From NCBI GenBank assembly GCA_963663275.1, contig OY760183.1:3136001-3200000 (forward strand): a DNA stretch of 64,000 nucleotides. Reading direction: 5' to 3'. A program made the position numbers and the translations under genes. The notes beneath the pieces are model-generated. The model did not search any database. It was given only the letters and a program-made list of their open reading frames with translations, and was not told the origin of the DNA. This DNA comes from Chloroflexota bacterium. GTDB lineage: Bacteria; Chloroflexota; UBA11872; VXOZ01. Numbering within the stretch: position 1 is the first letter of the stretch; each line of letters begins with the position of its first letter. Below are positions 46,596 to 58,500 of this stretch, in pieces.

Positions 46596-47927
46596 TCATA
46601 CTTCTGCCGTGCGCCAGGCTCCTTGCCGGTAGCGCCACCAGGCACCGGCGGTGCGCGCCGCGAAGAAGGCGACCCCGGCAACGTAGACGCCGGGGAGTCC
46701 CCAGCCGACCACGCCGGTGAGCAGCCACGCCAGCGGTACCATGACCAGGTAGCTGGCAGCCGTGGACGTGTAGAGCACCCATTTGGAGTCACCGGCGGCG
46801 CGCAGCACCGCGGCCAGCGTCATGCTCGCGGCCATGAAGGGCACCTGCAGCAACAGGAGGGGGAGAACGCGCGTTACCTCCGCTACCACAGCGACGTCGG
46901 GGGTCAGCAGGTGCAGTATTGCGGACGGCGCGACCAGCACCGGCGCCAGGACGAACGCCGGCAGGGCGGCCATCAGCAGCAGCCCGGCCCGCTGGGTGAG
47001 CGCCACCGTGCGCTCATCGTCGTTGCCAAGGCTCTGCCCGATCAGGATAGACACGCCGGTCGAAAGCGCCCAAATCATCGCCCAGAGGATCTGGTGTACA
47101 TTGGTGACGACCTGCATCCCGGCGATGACGGTGGCGCCGAGCGCGGCGACAATCCAGAGCACGAGCACGTTGTTGGCGTAGCCCAGGAAGAGCATGGCCG
47201 TCTCGGGCCAACCGATCGACCAGAGCCGCGGCAGCGCCTCCCGGGCCTGGCGCAGTCGCCCGAAGCGGAAGAGAGCGTACGTGCCGCGGAACCTTCTCCA
47301 GCCAAATTGCGCCATGTAGACGCAGCCCACGGCTACCGCGATCAGCGTCCCGACGCCCGCGCCGCGAAGCCCCCAGCCTGCCACGAAGATCAGGACATAG
47401 TTCAGCGGGACGTTGATCACGTTGACGAGGAGCGTCACGCGCATCGCCACGCCGGTCTCCCCCACGCCCGCGTAGACGGCGCGGAACATAGCCGTGGCGG
47501 CCGCGAACGGCGCGGCGAGCGCGAGTATGCGGAGATACGGCACGCCCTCGGACTGCACAACCTCGCTCAATCCGAACGCGGCGAGGAGCGGCCCTGCGGC
47601 GACGTTCAAGACCAGGAGCACCACGAGGCCGGCGCCAACGCCGATGAGCAACGAGACGTCCAGCAACCGCCCAACCGCCGCCGGCCGTCCCTCGCCGAAC
47701 CTGCGGGCCGAGATCACCTGCGCCGCGGTCGCCCATCCGCCAAACAGCATGCCCGCCGCGATGTTGATGGACGAGGCGACGGCCGCCGCCGCCAGCGCCT
47801 GAGTGGACACACGGCTGATCATCGCGGTGTCCACGACCGCAAGCACGATCTGCGAGAGATTCGCGACGACGATCGGGTAGCTCAAGGCGAGCACCCGCTT
47901 CAGCACGACCGTCTGGGCTGTTGCCAC
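46596..47927 (-). CDS. MATE family efflux transporter (start uncertain, 47927 or up to 48011)
   Basis: LALSYPIVVANL..VDTAMI, NVPLNYVLIF..GLRGAGVGT, LRAAGD; many TM segments. Confidence 0.85.
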   Translation of the reverse strand: MATAQTVVLKRVLALSYPIVVANLSQIVLAVVDTAMISRVSTQALAAAAVASSINIAAGMLFGGWATAAQVISARRFGEGRPAAVGRLLDVSLLIGVGAGLVVLLVLNVAAGPLLAAFGLSEVVQSEGVPYLRILALAAPFAAATAMFRAVYAGVGETGVAMRVTLLVNVINVPLNYVLIFVAGWGLRGAGVGTLIAVAVGCVYMAQFGWRRFRGTYALFRFGRLRQAREALPRLWSIGWPETAMLFLGYANNVLVLWIVAALGATVIAGMQVVTNVHQILWAMIWALSTGVSILIGQSLGNDDERTVALTQRAGLLLMAALPAFVLAPVLVAPSAILHLLTPDVAVVAEVTRVLPLLLLQVPFMAASMTLAAVLRAAGDSKWVLYTSTAASYLVMVPLAWLLTGVVGWGLPGVYVAGVAFFAARTAGAWWRYRQGAWRTAEV

Positions 47928-48293
47928 CGCGACGCCAGCTTTCGTCAAGATGGTGCGCGCGCAGCCACCGGCATGAGCGAGGGCGCATCCCGGTGGAGAC
48001 GCTTGCCGCAATCGAGCGGTCGGCGTTCATGCGGCGCGCCGTGGCCGCCACCTCCACTTATTGCGACTTCATGTCATTATGGAGTCTAGGTATGGTATAC
48101 CGTCCTCATCAAGGTGTCAACCTCTGTCGAGGACCGTTAGCGAGGCTGTTAGAAGGGGGATTCGTCGCTCCGAAGTCGCGCTTGGGCGGATGTGCGCCTT
48201 CCGATCGGCTACAGCCATGCGGCAGAGTCTCTCGGAACATACATGACATGAGCTATCAACAGAAGATCGTGAGGGAGCCCGGAGGCTTGTCCA

Positions 48294-48611
48294 TTAGCGA
48301 ACGGTGTTCATTTCGAGTTGGACGCCCTCGTGCTGCTGGATGCGGCTGATGACCTCGAAGAGATTGCGCGCGTGGGGGTTGCCGGCTGGCCCGAACATGC
48401 GCATCAGACTCTTGGGCGGCTTGCCGGTCAGGGAACCAAGCTCCTCGAACCCGACGGTGGCGTTGATATAGTCACGCAGGACGATCTTGCCCACATCGAC
48501 GTCCCCGGCAAGCAGGCGCTCAATACCTTCCTCGAGCAGCCCTTCGCGAAATTCCGGGTCGCGCGCGGCGCGGGTCTGGACGGTCTCTTTAGAGTCGCGG
48601 GTGAGCGGCAT
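48294..48611 (-). CDS. Orphan addiction-module antidote-like HTH protein
   Basis: MPLTRD..RDPEFR..LRDYINATVGFEEL..KSLMRMFGPAGNP..NLF. Confidence 0.75.
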   Translation of the reverse strand: MPLTRDSKETVQTRAARDPEFREGLLEEGIERLLAGDVDVGKIVLRDYINATVGFEELGSLTGKPPKSLMRMFGPAGNPHARNLFEVISRIQQHEGVQLEMNTVR

Positions 48612-48645
48612 CTTTCACGCCTCCCGCTGCATGTGACGATTGTAC

Positions 48646-50814
<2,169 letters not shown>

Positions 50815-51009
50815 CTACGCGCCGCGCGGACGTGACGTGCGCTGCTATCGCTTCGCTGTCGCCCAGTCGCGGCGCCGGTTAACTGCGTTGCTTGCGCTTC
50901 CCCATTGGAGACCTTTGCATAACCCCTTCCCCATTGAGGGGGAAGGTTGGGATGGGGGTGAAACGGCTTGACTTCATGGCGCTGTTGGTTGTAATTGCGC
51001 TCTGGATTC

Positions 51010-52043
51010 CCTAGACTCACAAACGAAGTGCAACACTTTGCTAAGGTGTTGCCATGGGAAAACAATACACACAACTTACCATTGAAGAGCGGTGTGAAAT
51101 TGCCCGACTTCTCACCGCGAGAACCTCGCACCGGCAAATCGCTGCAACTCTGGGTCGCGCGCCATCGACGATTTCGCGGGAGGTGAAACGAAATGGATCG
51201 CAATCGGCAGGCTATGAGCCAAAGTATGCCGATGATCAGGCGTGGGCGCGGTGCTGGCGCGGCAGCAAGCTGGAGCGGGATGCCGAGTTGCGGGAGGTGG
51301 TGTTGGGATACTTGCGGGATTGTTGGTCGCCGGAGCAGGTATCCGGACGTTTGGCGCGGGAGAACGGCGCGCCGGTCGTCTCTCACGAGACCATCTATCG
51401 CTTCATCTACGGGCAGCAGGCGCGCACGAAGGACGGTAACTGGCGGCATTACCTGCCGCGCGCCAAGTCCAAACGGGGCTGGCGCGGGCGAAAGGGCGGC
51501 AGTCCGGCCTCGTTCATTGCCCAGCGCCGACCGCTGGCAGAACGGCCCCAGGCGGCGGCAGACCGCCAAACGCCCGGCCACTGGGAGGCGGACCTGATGC
51601 TCTTTCGCACCTACGGTCAAGCAGTCTTGACCCTGCACGAGCGCCACTCGCGCCTGTTGCTGGCCGCGCGACCGCCCGGCAAGGCGGCAGCGCCGATCGC
51701 CACTATCCTGCACGACCTGTTCGCCGCGCTGCCCCCAGCGTGCAGCCAGACCGTCACGTTCGACAATGGCACGGAGTTCGCACAGCATTACCGCCTCCAT
51801 GACTTGGGCATCCAAACCTTCTTCTGCGATACCCACTCGCCCTGGCAGAAAGGGGGCATCGAGAACGCCATCGGCCGCCTGCGGCGCCGGCTGCCGCGCA
51901 AGACCGACCTGGCACAGGTGAGCCAACAACGCTTTGCGCAACTGGTCCACGCCTACAACCACACCCCGCGCAAGTGTCTTGACTTCCAAACGCCAGCCGA
52001 AGTATTCATCAACCAGGTGTTGCACTTGAAATGTGAATCCACC
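51010..52043 (+). mobile_element. IS30-family insertion sequence inserted in a REP hairpin
   Basis: Imperfect 25-bp IRs 51012-51036 and 52017-52041 (19/25 match); TTC duplicated at 51007-51009 and 52044-52046. Confidence 0.82.
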
Positions 52044-52064
52044 TTCCGGCTTTCGCCGGAATGA
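51054..52064 (+). CDS. IS30-family transposase
   Basis: YTQLTIEER, STISREVKRN, WSPEQ, GHWEADL, TFDNGTEF, PWQKGGIEN, PRKCL. Confidence 0.93.
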   Translation: MGKQYTQLTIEERCEIARLLTARTSHRQIAATLGRAPSTISREVKRNGSQSAGYEPKYADDQAWARCWRGSKLERDAELREVVLGYLRDCWSPEQVSGRLARENGAPVVSHETIYRFIYGQQARTKDGNWRHYLPRAKSKRGWRGRKGGSPASFIAQRRPLAERPQAAADRQTPGHWEADLMLFRTYGQAVLTLHERHSRLLLAARPPGKAAAPIATILHDLFAALPPACSQTVTFDNGTEFAQHYRLHDLGIQTFFCDTHSPWQKGGIENAIGRLRRRLPRKTDLAQVSQQRFAQLVHAYNHTPRKCLDFQTPAEVFINQVLHLKCESTFRLSPE

Positions 52065-52095
52065 CAGAGTTATGCAAAGGTCTCCCATTGAGCGG

Positions 52096-52124
52096 AGTAT
52101 AGCATGGGACGTATGCCGGGACAA
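52096..52124 (-). promoter_or_regulatory. Putative original katG promoter
   Basis: Minus-strand TTGTCC-17-TATACT with TG extension, ending 5 bp from the MITE target duplication. Confidence 0.55.
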
Positions 52125-52140
52125 TCGAGGACGGCGCGCG

Positions 52141-52488
52141 CTACTCGCTCTCTTCCGCGCCGCCCGCCTGGGCGTGCCTGGCGTGGAAGCCCCACCAGGC
52201 GAGGGCGATCACGGCAACCACGACAACGGGTATCCACACCCACGTCCACGTCTCCCACGCAATGATGCGCATCAGGAGCATCGCGGCGGAGAGGGAGAGC
52301 AGGATGCTGGGCACGTGCTGCTTCTGCAGGGACGCGATGCTACCGACGCCCATGAAGATGCCGGGGACGATGAAACTGCTCCACGGCTCATCCGTGAAGA
52401 TGACACCTACCACCTGGGCAACGACCAACCCCAACACGAACATGGCAGCGTACTTGCCAATCGACGCAGCGGAAATCATGGATGCCAC
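52141..52488 (-). CDS. Small membrane protein (about 4 TM)
   Basis: Hydrophobic 115-aa ORF with AAGGGAG RBS. Confidence 0.6.
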   Translation of the reverse strand: MASMISAASIGKYAAMFVLGLVVAQVVGVIFTDEPWSSFIVPGIFMGVGSIASLQKQHVPSILLSLSAAMLLMRIIAWETWTWVWIPVVVVAVIALAWWGFHARHAQAGGAEESE

Positions 52489-52570
52489 TCCCTTCAGTGT
52501 AAATGAGTCTTCCGCCGTCCATGATACGCCATTGGCGCAAACGGGGCAGCGCGCCGCCCGTGGCGCGGGG

Positions 52571-55500
52571 CTAGACCCAGTGGCGGCGGCGCTGGAAGGG
52601 ATAGGTGGGCAGCGCGACGCGCCGCCGGGTTTCGCCGGCGAAGAGACCGCCGAACGAGACGTTCAGCCCGGCTGCGTACGCGGCCGCGACCGCCTGCGTG
52701 AACGCTTCATGGGCTGGCGGCGCTTCCCCGCCGTCCGCAGTCTGCGCCGGAGCGGCGAGCACGGTAGGCGCAGGGGCGGCTTGCGGCCAAGCGCCGCCGA
52801 TCCGCCGGCCAAGCATGGCGTCCGAGCCGATTTCCAGCACCGCGTCCACCCCAAGCCGCGCCAGCGTCTCGGCGCAGCCGGAGAAATCGCCCGCGCCGCC
52901 GTCGTTGGCGCGTTGCCAGTCTTGCCGCAACCAGTAGCCGCCGTCAAGCGCGTCCTCGGGCGCTACGACGCGGCCGGTGGCGCTGCTGACAAGCGGCACG
53001 GCGGGCGCGGCAAGCGAGTTCACACTATCCGCCGCTTCCGATCCGGTCGCCGTTTCCGACGCGGTCGCCGTCTCTGACGCAGCCATCGCCAGGCGAGCGC
53101 CGTCCTCCAGCGTGAACACGCCGGCCGCTTGCGCCGCCGCCAGCGCGCCCGCGCCGTGCCCCACAACCGCGTTGGGACGTATGCCCACGCTGGCCCATTG
53201 CGCGGTCAGAGCGCAGCCAAGCGCATAGGCGGCCATCCCGGCCAAAGCAGGATCATCCGCATCCCGCTCATCCCCGGGTTCACCGAGAAACACGTTCAGC
53301 AGCGAGACGTCCCGCGCTTCCCGCAACACCGCGTCGCAGCGGTCCAGCGCGTCCCGCGCCACCGGCTCGCCGCGATAGAGCGCCGCGGCCATACCGGCCC
53401 ACTCGTCGCCCGGCCCGGCGTACAGGAAAGCGACCTTGGTCGCCGCGGGCGGGTCATCCTCATCCAAAACCTCGTCGGCAGCGGCCAGCGCGCGCAGTCG
53501 TTGCCGCAGTTGCGCCGCGTCGCCGAAAACCAGCCCGGCGCGGTGCGAAAAGTGGCTGCGGCCCACCCCGGCGGTCCAGGCCGCGTCGGCGAGCGCCTCG
53601 TTCAAGGCCGGTCTATCTTCACCGCCATTAGCGGAGAGTTGGTCGAGCCACGCCAGGTACCGTTCCGCCAGGTCTCGCAGCGCGCCCGCCGACTTGCCGG
53701 AAAGCGGCAAGAGGCGCGCCGCGCGCTCCACGCCCTCAGCAGCCTCAAGCGCCGGAGCGCCATCGTCCTGTTCCGCCAGCGGAACGGGTACCGCTTGGGG
53801 ACTGCCCGCGGGCAGAACCGCGCCGTTGGCCGCCGTGGGCGCATTCGCCGGAGAGCCGTAGCCCTCCACCAGGACGTGCGCGTTCGCGCCGGAAATGCCG
53901 AAGGCGTTCACCCCGGCCAGCGGCTGGCGGCCGGAAGTATCGGGCCACGCCGTCTCGTCGGCGGTGACCCGCAGCGGCAATTCCTCCCAATCGACATTTG
54001 GATTTGGATTTTCAAAGTGGAGATGCTTGGGAATCACCCCCTGGTTCATGGCAAGGACCGTCTTGATGAGCGCCGCGCTGCCGGCTGCCCATTCGGTGTG
54101 GCCGATGTTGGACTTGACCGTGCCCACCAGCAGCGGGCGTTCGGTGTCGCGGTCCTGGCCGTAGACCGAGGCCGCGGCGTGCAACTCGATCGGGTCGCCC
54201 ATCGGGGATCCGGTGGCGTGCGCTTCCAGATAGTCCACCTGGGAAGGAAGGACGCCCGCCTGTGCCAGGGCTTCCGCCATTACGCGCTCCTGGGACGGGC
54301 CATTGGGCACGGTGAGACCCGCGCTGGCGCCGCTCTGGTTGACGGCGGAACCGCGAATGACGGCATAGATTCGATCGCCGTCGGCTTCGGCTTGGCTCAG
54401 GCGCTTGAGCGCCACGATGCCGCAGCCCTCGCCGCGCACGTATCCGTTGGCGGCGGCGTCGAACGGCCGGCACTGGCCGGTGGGCGATAACAATTCGAAC
54501 TCCATCATGAACCGGGATAGCCCGGGCGAGAGCACGACGTTCACGCCCCCGGCCAGCGCCAGATCCACTTCGCCCCGCTGCAAGCCGACGACGCCCTGAT
54601 GAACAGCCGCAAGCGCCGACGCGCAGGCCATGTCCAACGGCATCGCCGGCCCTGCCAACCCCAAAGCGAACGCGACCCGGCCCACCGCCACGCTGCCGGT
54701 GGTGCCCAGATAGTTGTGCGCCGCGTTGCGGGCCGCTGCCACCTCCCGGTATTCGCTGCTGCTCACGCCGGCGTAGACGCCGGCGCGGCTGCCCCGCAGG
54801 CTCTCCGGGTCGATGCCGGCATCCTCCAGGGCCTGCCAGGTCGTCTCCAGCAGCATGCGCTGTTGGGGATCCATCATCCGCGCCTCGATCGGCGCAATGC
54901 GGAAGAAGCGGGAGTCGAACAGGTCGATGTCCGCGACGAACGCGCCGCGCCGGGTGGCCACGTCCGGGGCCTCCGGGTCTCCCACCGTCCCGCTCCAGTC
55001 ACTGCCGCCCTGGCGACCGTCGGAGATCGCGTCGGTCCCGTTTGCCAGGAGTTCCCAGAAAGACGCCAGGTCCGGCGCGCCCGGGAAGCGGCAGGCCATG
55101 CCCACGATGGCGATAGCGTCGTCTTCTGCGCCTCTCTCACGTTGCGGTTGCGGCGCCGCGGGTTCGGCGCTCGCTTCGGCAACGGCCGCGGGAGCGTCTG
55201 CGCTCAGTACCTCGGACAATTCCGCCGCCAGGTGGACGGCCAGCGCCTCCACGTTGGGATAGTCGAACACCGCCGTGTTGGAGACCACGTATTCGTCCGC
55301 CAGCGCCCGGTTCAGCCGGTTGCGCAACTCCACCGCCATGAGCGAGTCCATGCCCAGGTCGAAGAAGCCAATCGTGGTCGCCGGCGGGGTCGGCAGGCGC
55401 AGCACTGCCTGGGTCTCCGCCTGCAAAAGGGAAACCAGCAGCGGTTCCCACTCGCCGGCGGGCGCTTGCCGCAGCCGGGTCGGGAGGTCTTCCTGCGGGG

Positions 55501-58500
55501 TGTCCGCGTCGCCGTCCGCCGCCGCGTCTTCGGTAACCAATTCCTCAAGGTACGGGGGCTTTTCCTCGAAATTCTCGATGAACATGGGCCAGTCTACCGC
55601 CGCCGCCATGCCGGACGTCTGGTCCTGGCGCACCAATTCGTCGAAGGCCTCGAGGCCCTGTTGCGGGCTGATCCAGTCGGTGCCCGACGCGGCCAGTTGC
55701 CGCTCGATGCGGGCGCGCTGCTCTTCGGCCTCGCCCAGCCCCGACCACGCGCCCCAGGCGATCGCCTGGCCCGGCAGGCCCAGGGAGCGCCGGTAGCCGG
55801 CCAGTTGGTCCAGGAAAGCGTTGGCCGCCGCATGGTTGCCCTGGCCCGCGTTGCCCAGCACGCCGGTGACGCTGGAAAAGAGCACGAACAGATCCAGGTC
55901 CTGGCGGCGGGTCGCCTGGTGCAAGTGCCACGCGCCCAGCACCTTGGGCCACAGCACCTGCTCGTACCGCTCCCACGTCTGATTACCCAGGGAACCGTCG
56001 GAGAGGACGCCCACGCTGTGGACAATACCGGCCAGCGGCGGCGCGCTGGCGCGCAGCCGCTCCAGCATGGCGTCCAGAGCGGCCGGATCGGCCGCGTCCG
56101 CCAACTCCACCCGCACGTCCGCGCCCTGCCGCCGCAAGGCGTCGATCGCCGCCGCGGCCGGGGGGTCCGGCGGGCGGCGGCCGTTCAACACGATCACGCC
56201 GGCGCCCCGCTCCGCCAGCCAGCCGGCTACCTGCGTGCCAATGCCGCCCATGCCGCCGGTTACCAGGTACGCGCGGTCCGCCCGCAAGCGCCCGTGGGCG
56301 AGCGGCGGCATGACGATGACGATCTTGCCCACGTGGCGCGTCGAGCGCATGAAATCCATCGCCGCCGCCACTTCGGCCATGGGCCAACGGGTGAATGGCA
56401 GCGGGGCAAGAGACTCGCCGTCGTTCACGCGCGCCATCACGCGCCGCAGCGACGCCCCGGGGGTAGCCGGGTCTTCCCGCTTCAAGACATCCAACGCCAA
56501 CACCGCGTAGGCAACGTCGGGCCGGGCCGCCGCCATCTCTTCCGGGGTCCAAATGTCGCGCCTGCCCAATTCTACGAAGCGGCCGCCTTCAGCCAAACAC
56601 GCGAGGCCGGCCTCGATATAACCCGGCCCGGTAAGGGTGTTCAGCACCACGTCCACGCCGGCCCCGCCGGTAGCCTGGAGGATTTCATCCGCAAAATCGG
56701 TACTGCGGCTGTCGAAGACGTGCGTTACGCCCTGCGAACGCAGGTAGGCGTGCTTGGCTTTGCTGGCCGTGGCGAACACTTCCGCGCCGGCCGCCCGGAC
56801 GAGTTGGATGGCCGCCAGGCCCACCCCGCCGGAGGCGGTATGGATGAGCACCCGCTCTCCGGCATTCAGACCGGTAAACTGGAAAGACAATTCCGCGGAA
56901 ACGAAGGCTTCGGGAATGGTGGCCAGCGCGGCCGCGGGCGCTGCCGTGTCCACCCGCGCCACCATCTCGGCGCGCGTTACTACCTCCGGCCTGAACGTGC
57001 CGATACCCAGGCCCACCACGCGCTCGCCCACGCGAAACTCGGTCACGTCCGGCGCAACTTCCGTCACGCGGCCGCAGAACTCGGCGCCCAGCACCGGCAC
57101 ATTTTCCACCGCGCCCAGGCTGATGAGCACGTCGGCAAAGTTGAGGCCGGCCGCTTCCACCGCCACCCGCACGTCGCCGCTCCCCAGCGGCTGCGGCGCG
57201 GCGGGCTCGGCGCGCAGCCCTTCCAGTCCCTCGCCCGCGGTGGGCGCCAGCCGCCAGTCCGGCTCCTGCGGCAGTTCGACGCGCGACCGGCCCTCCCCTC
57301 GCTTGACCAGCCGCGCCGCCAGACGCTTGCCGGATCGGTAGGCGACGTGGGTCTCCGCGTCCGGGAACATGATTTCGTCAACCAGAGCGCCGGCATCCGG
57401 CGGCGCGTCCGGTTCCAGGTCGATCATGCGCGGTTGCAGGTAGCCGACCTCCCGCGCCAGCGCCTTGCCGAAGCCCCAGAGCGCGGCGCCGGCCAGTTGG
57501 TCGACGCTCTCCAGCATGTAGTCCCGCTCCAACGCCTGCGCGCCCCGGGTAAGGATCCACAGACCCTTTTCCGGCCTCAGCCCGGTGTCCTGCAAGGCCT
57601 GCGCCAATGCCAATGCGCTCGCGCCCGTCCGGCTCGCGTCAGCCGCCAACTGCGCCGTGGTTGCCTCCGTCCCGTGACCCTCCAGCGCGGCGCAGTGCAC
57701 CACGCCCTGCAACGGCGCATCCCCGGGCAGATTCTCCAACAGTCTCCGCCAGGACTCTCTGTCTTCCGCGTCCACCTGAACGGGGAAGACGCCGGGGCCG
57801 TCGCTTGCGCTCATGCCACCGCTGTGAGCCGTGCCCGCCACCGCCACCGTCTGGTTTTGCGCCGCCAGACGCGCCGCCAGCATTTCCGCCGCTACCGCAT
57901 GGTCCGACGCCACAACCCACGCGCCCCTGTCCTGGACTATCTCCGCCGGCCCTTGACCGAGTATGACGCCGGAACCCAGGGGCCCGTCGGCGCCCGGGCT
58001 CTCCCCGCCCAGCACCGCCGTGTCCTCAAAGCCAACGTCCGCCAAGGCCCGGCGCCACACCTCCGGCGAGGCAAGGGCGTGATGTGGGCGGTAGTCATCG
58101 GCATAGCGCCACCAGCCGTCCAATTGACCGAAGGTCATGTCCTGCCAGCCGCGGCCGCGCAGATTCTCCATCGCGATCAACTTGCCGGACGGCGCCAGGA
58201 GGCGCTGGCAATTGGTCAGGGTCTCTTCCAGGCTGCGGGTGGCGTGGAGGACGTTGACGGCGATTACCAGGTCGTAGGCGTGCCGGTCGAACCCTTGTTC
58301 GGCCGGGTCGCGCTCGATGTTCAGCGGGCGGTACTCGATAGGCGCGTCAACCTCGCTGAACCGCCGTTCGGCCTCGGCAAAGAAGCCCGCCGAAATATCC
58401 GTAAAGACGTAGTCGTACCCGCCGGCCGGCAGTTCCGGCAGCACGGACGTCGTGCCGGCGCCGGTGCCCGCGCCCACTTCCACAATGCGCAGCGGGCGGT

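Larger units (their letters stand above)
50908..52084. mobile_element. MITE-like element with 16-bp perfect terminal IRs, carrying REP hairpins and a nested IS30
   Basis: GAGACCTTTGCATAAC (50908-50923) and GTTATGCAAAGGTCTC (52069-52084); direct repeat CCATTG at 50902-50907 and 52085-52090. Confidence 0.8.
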
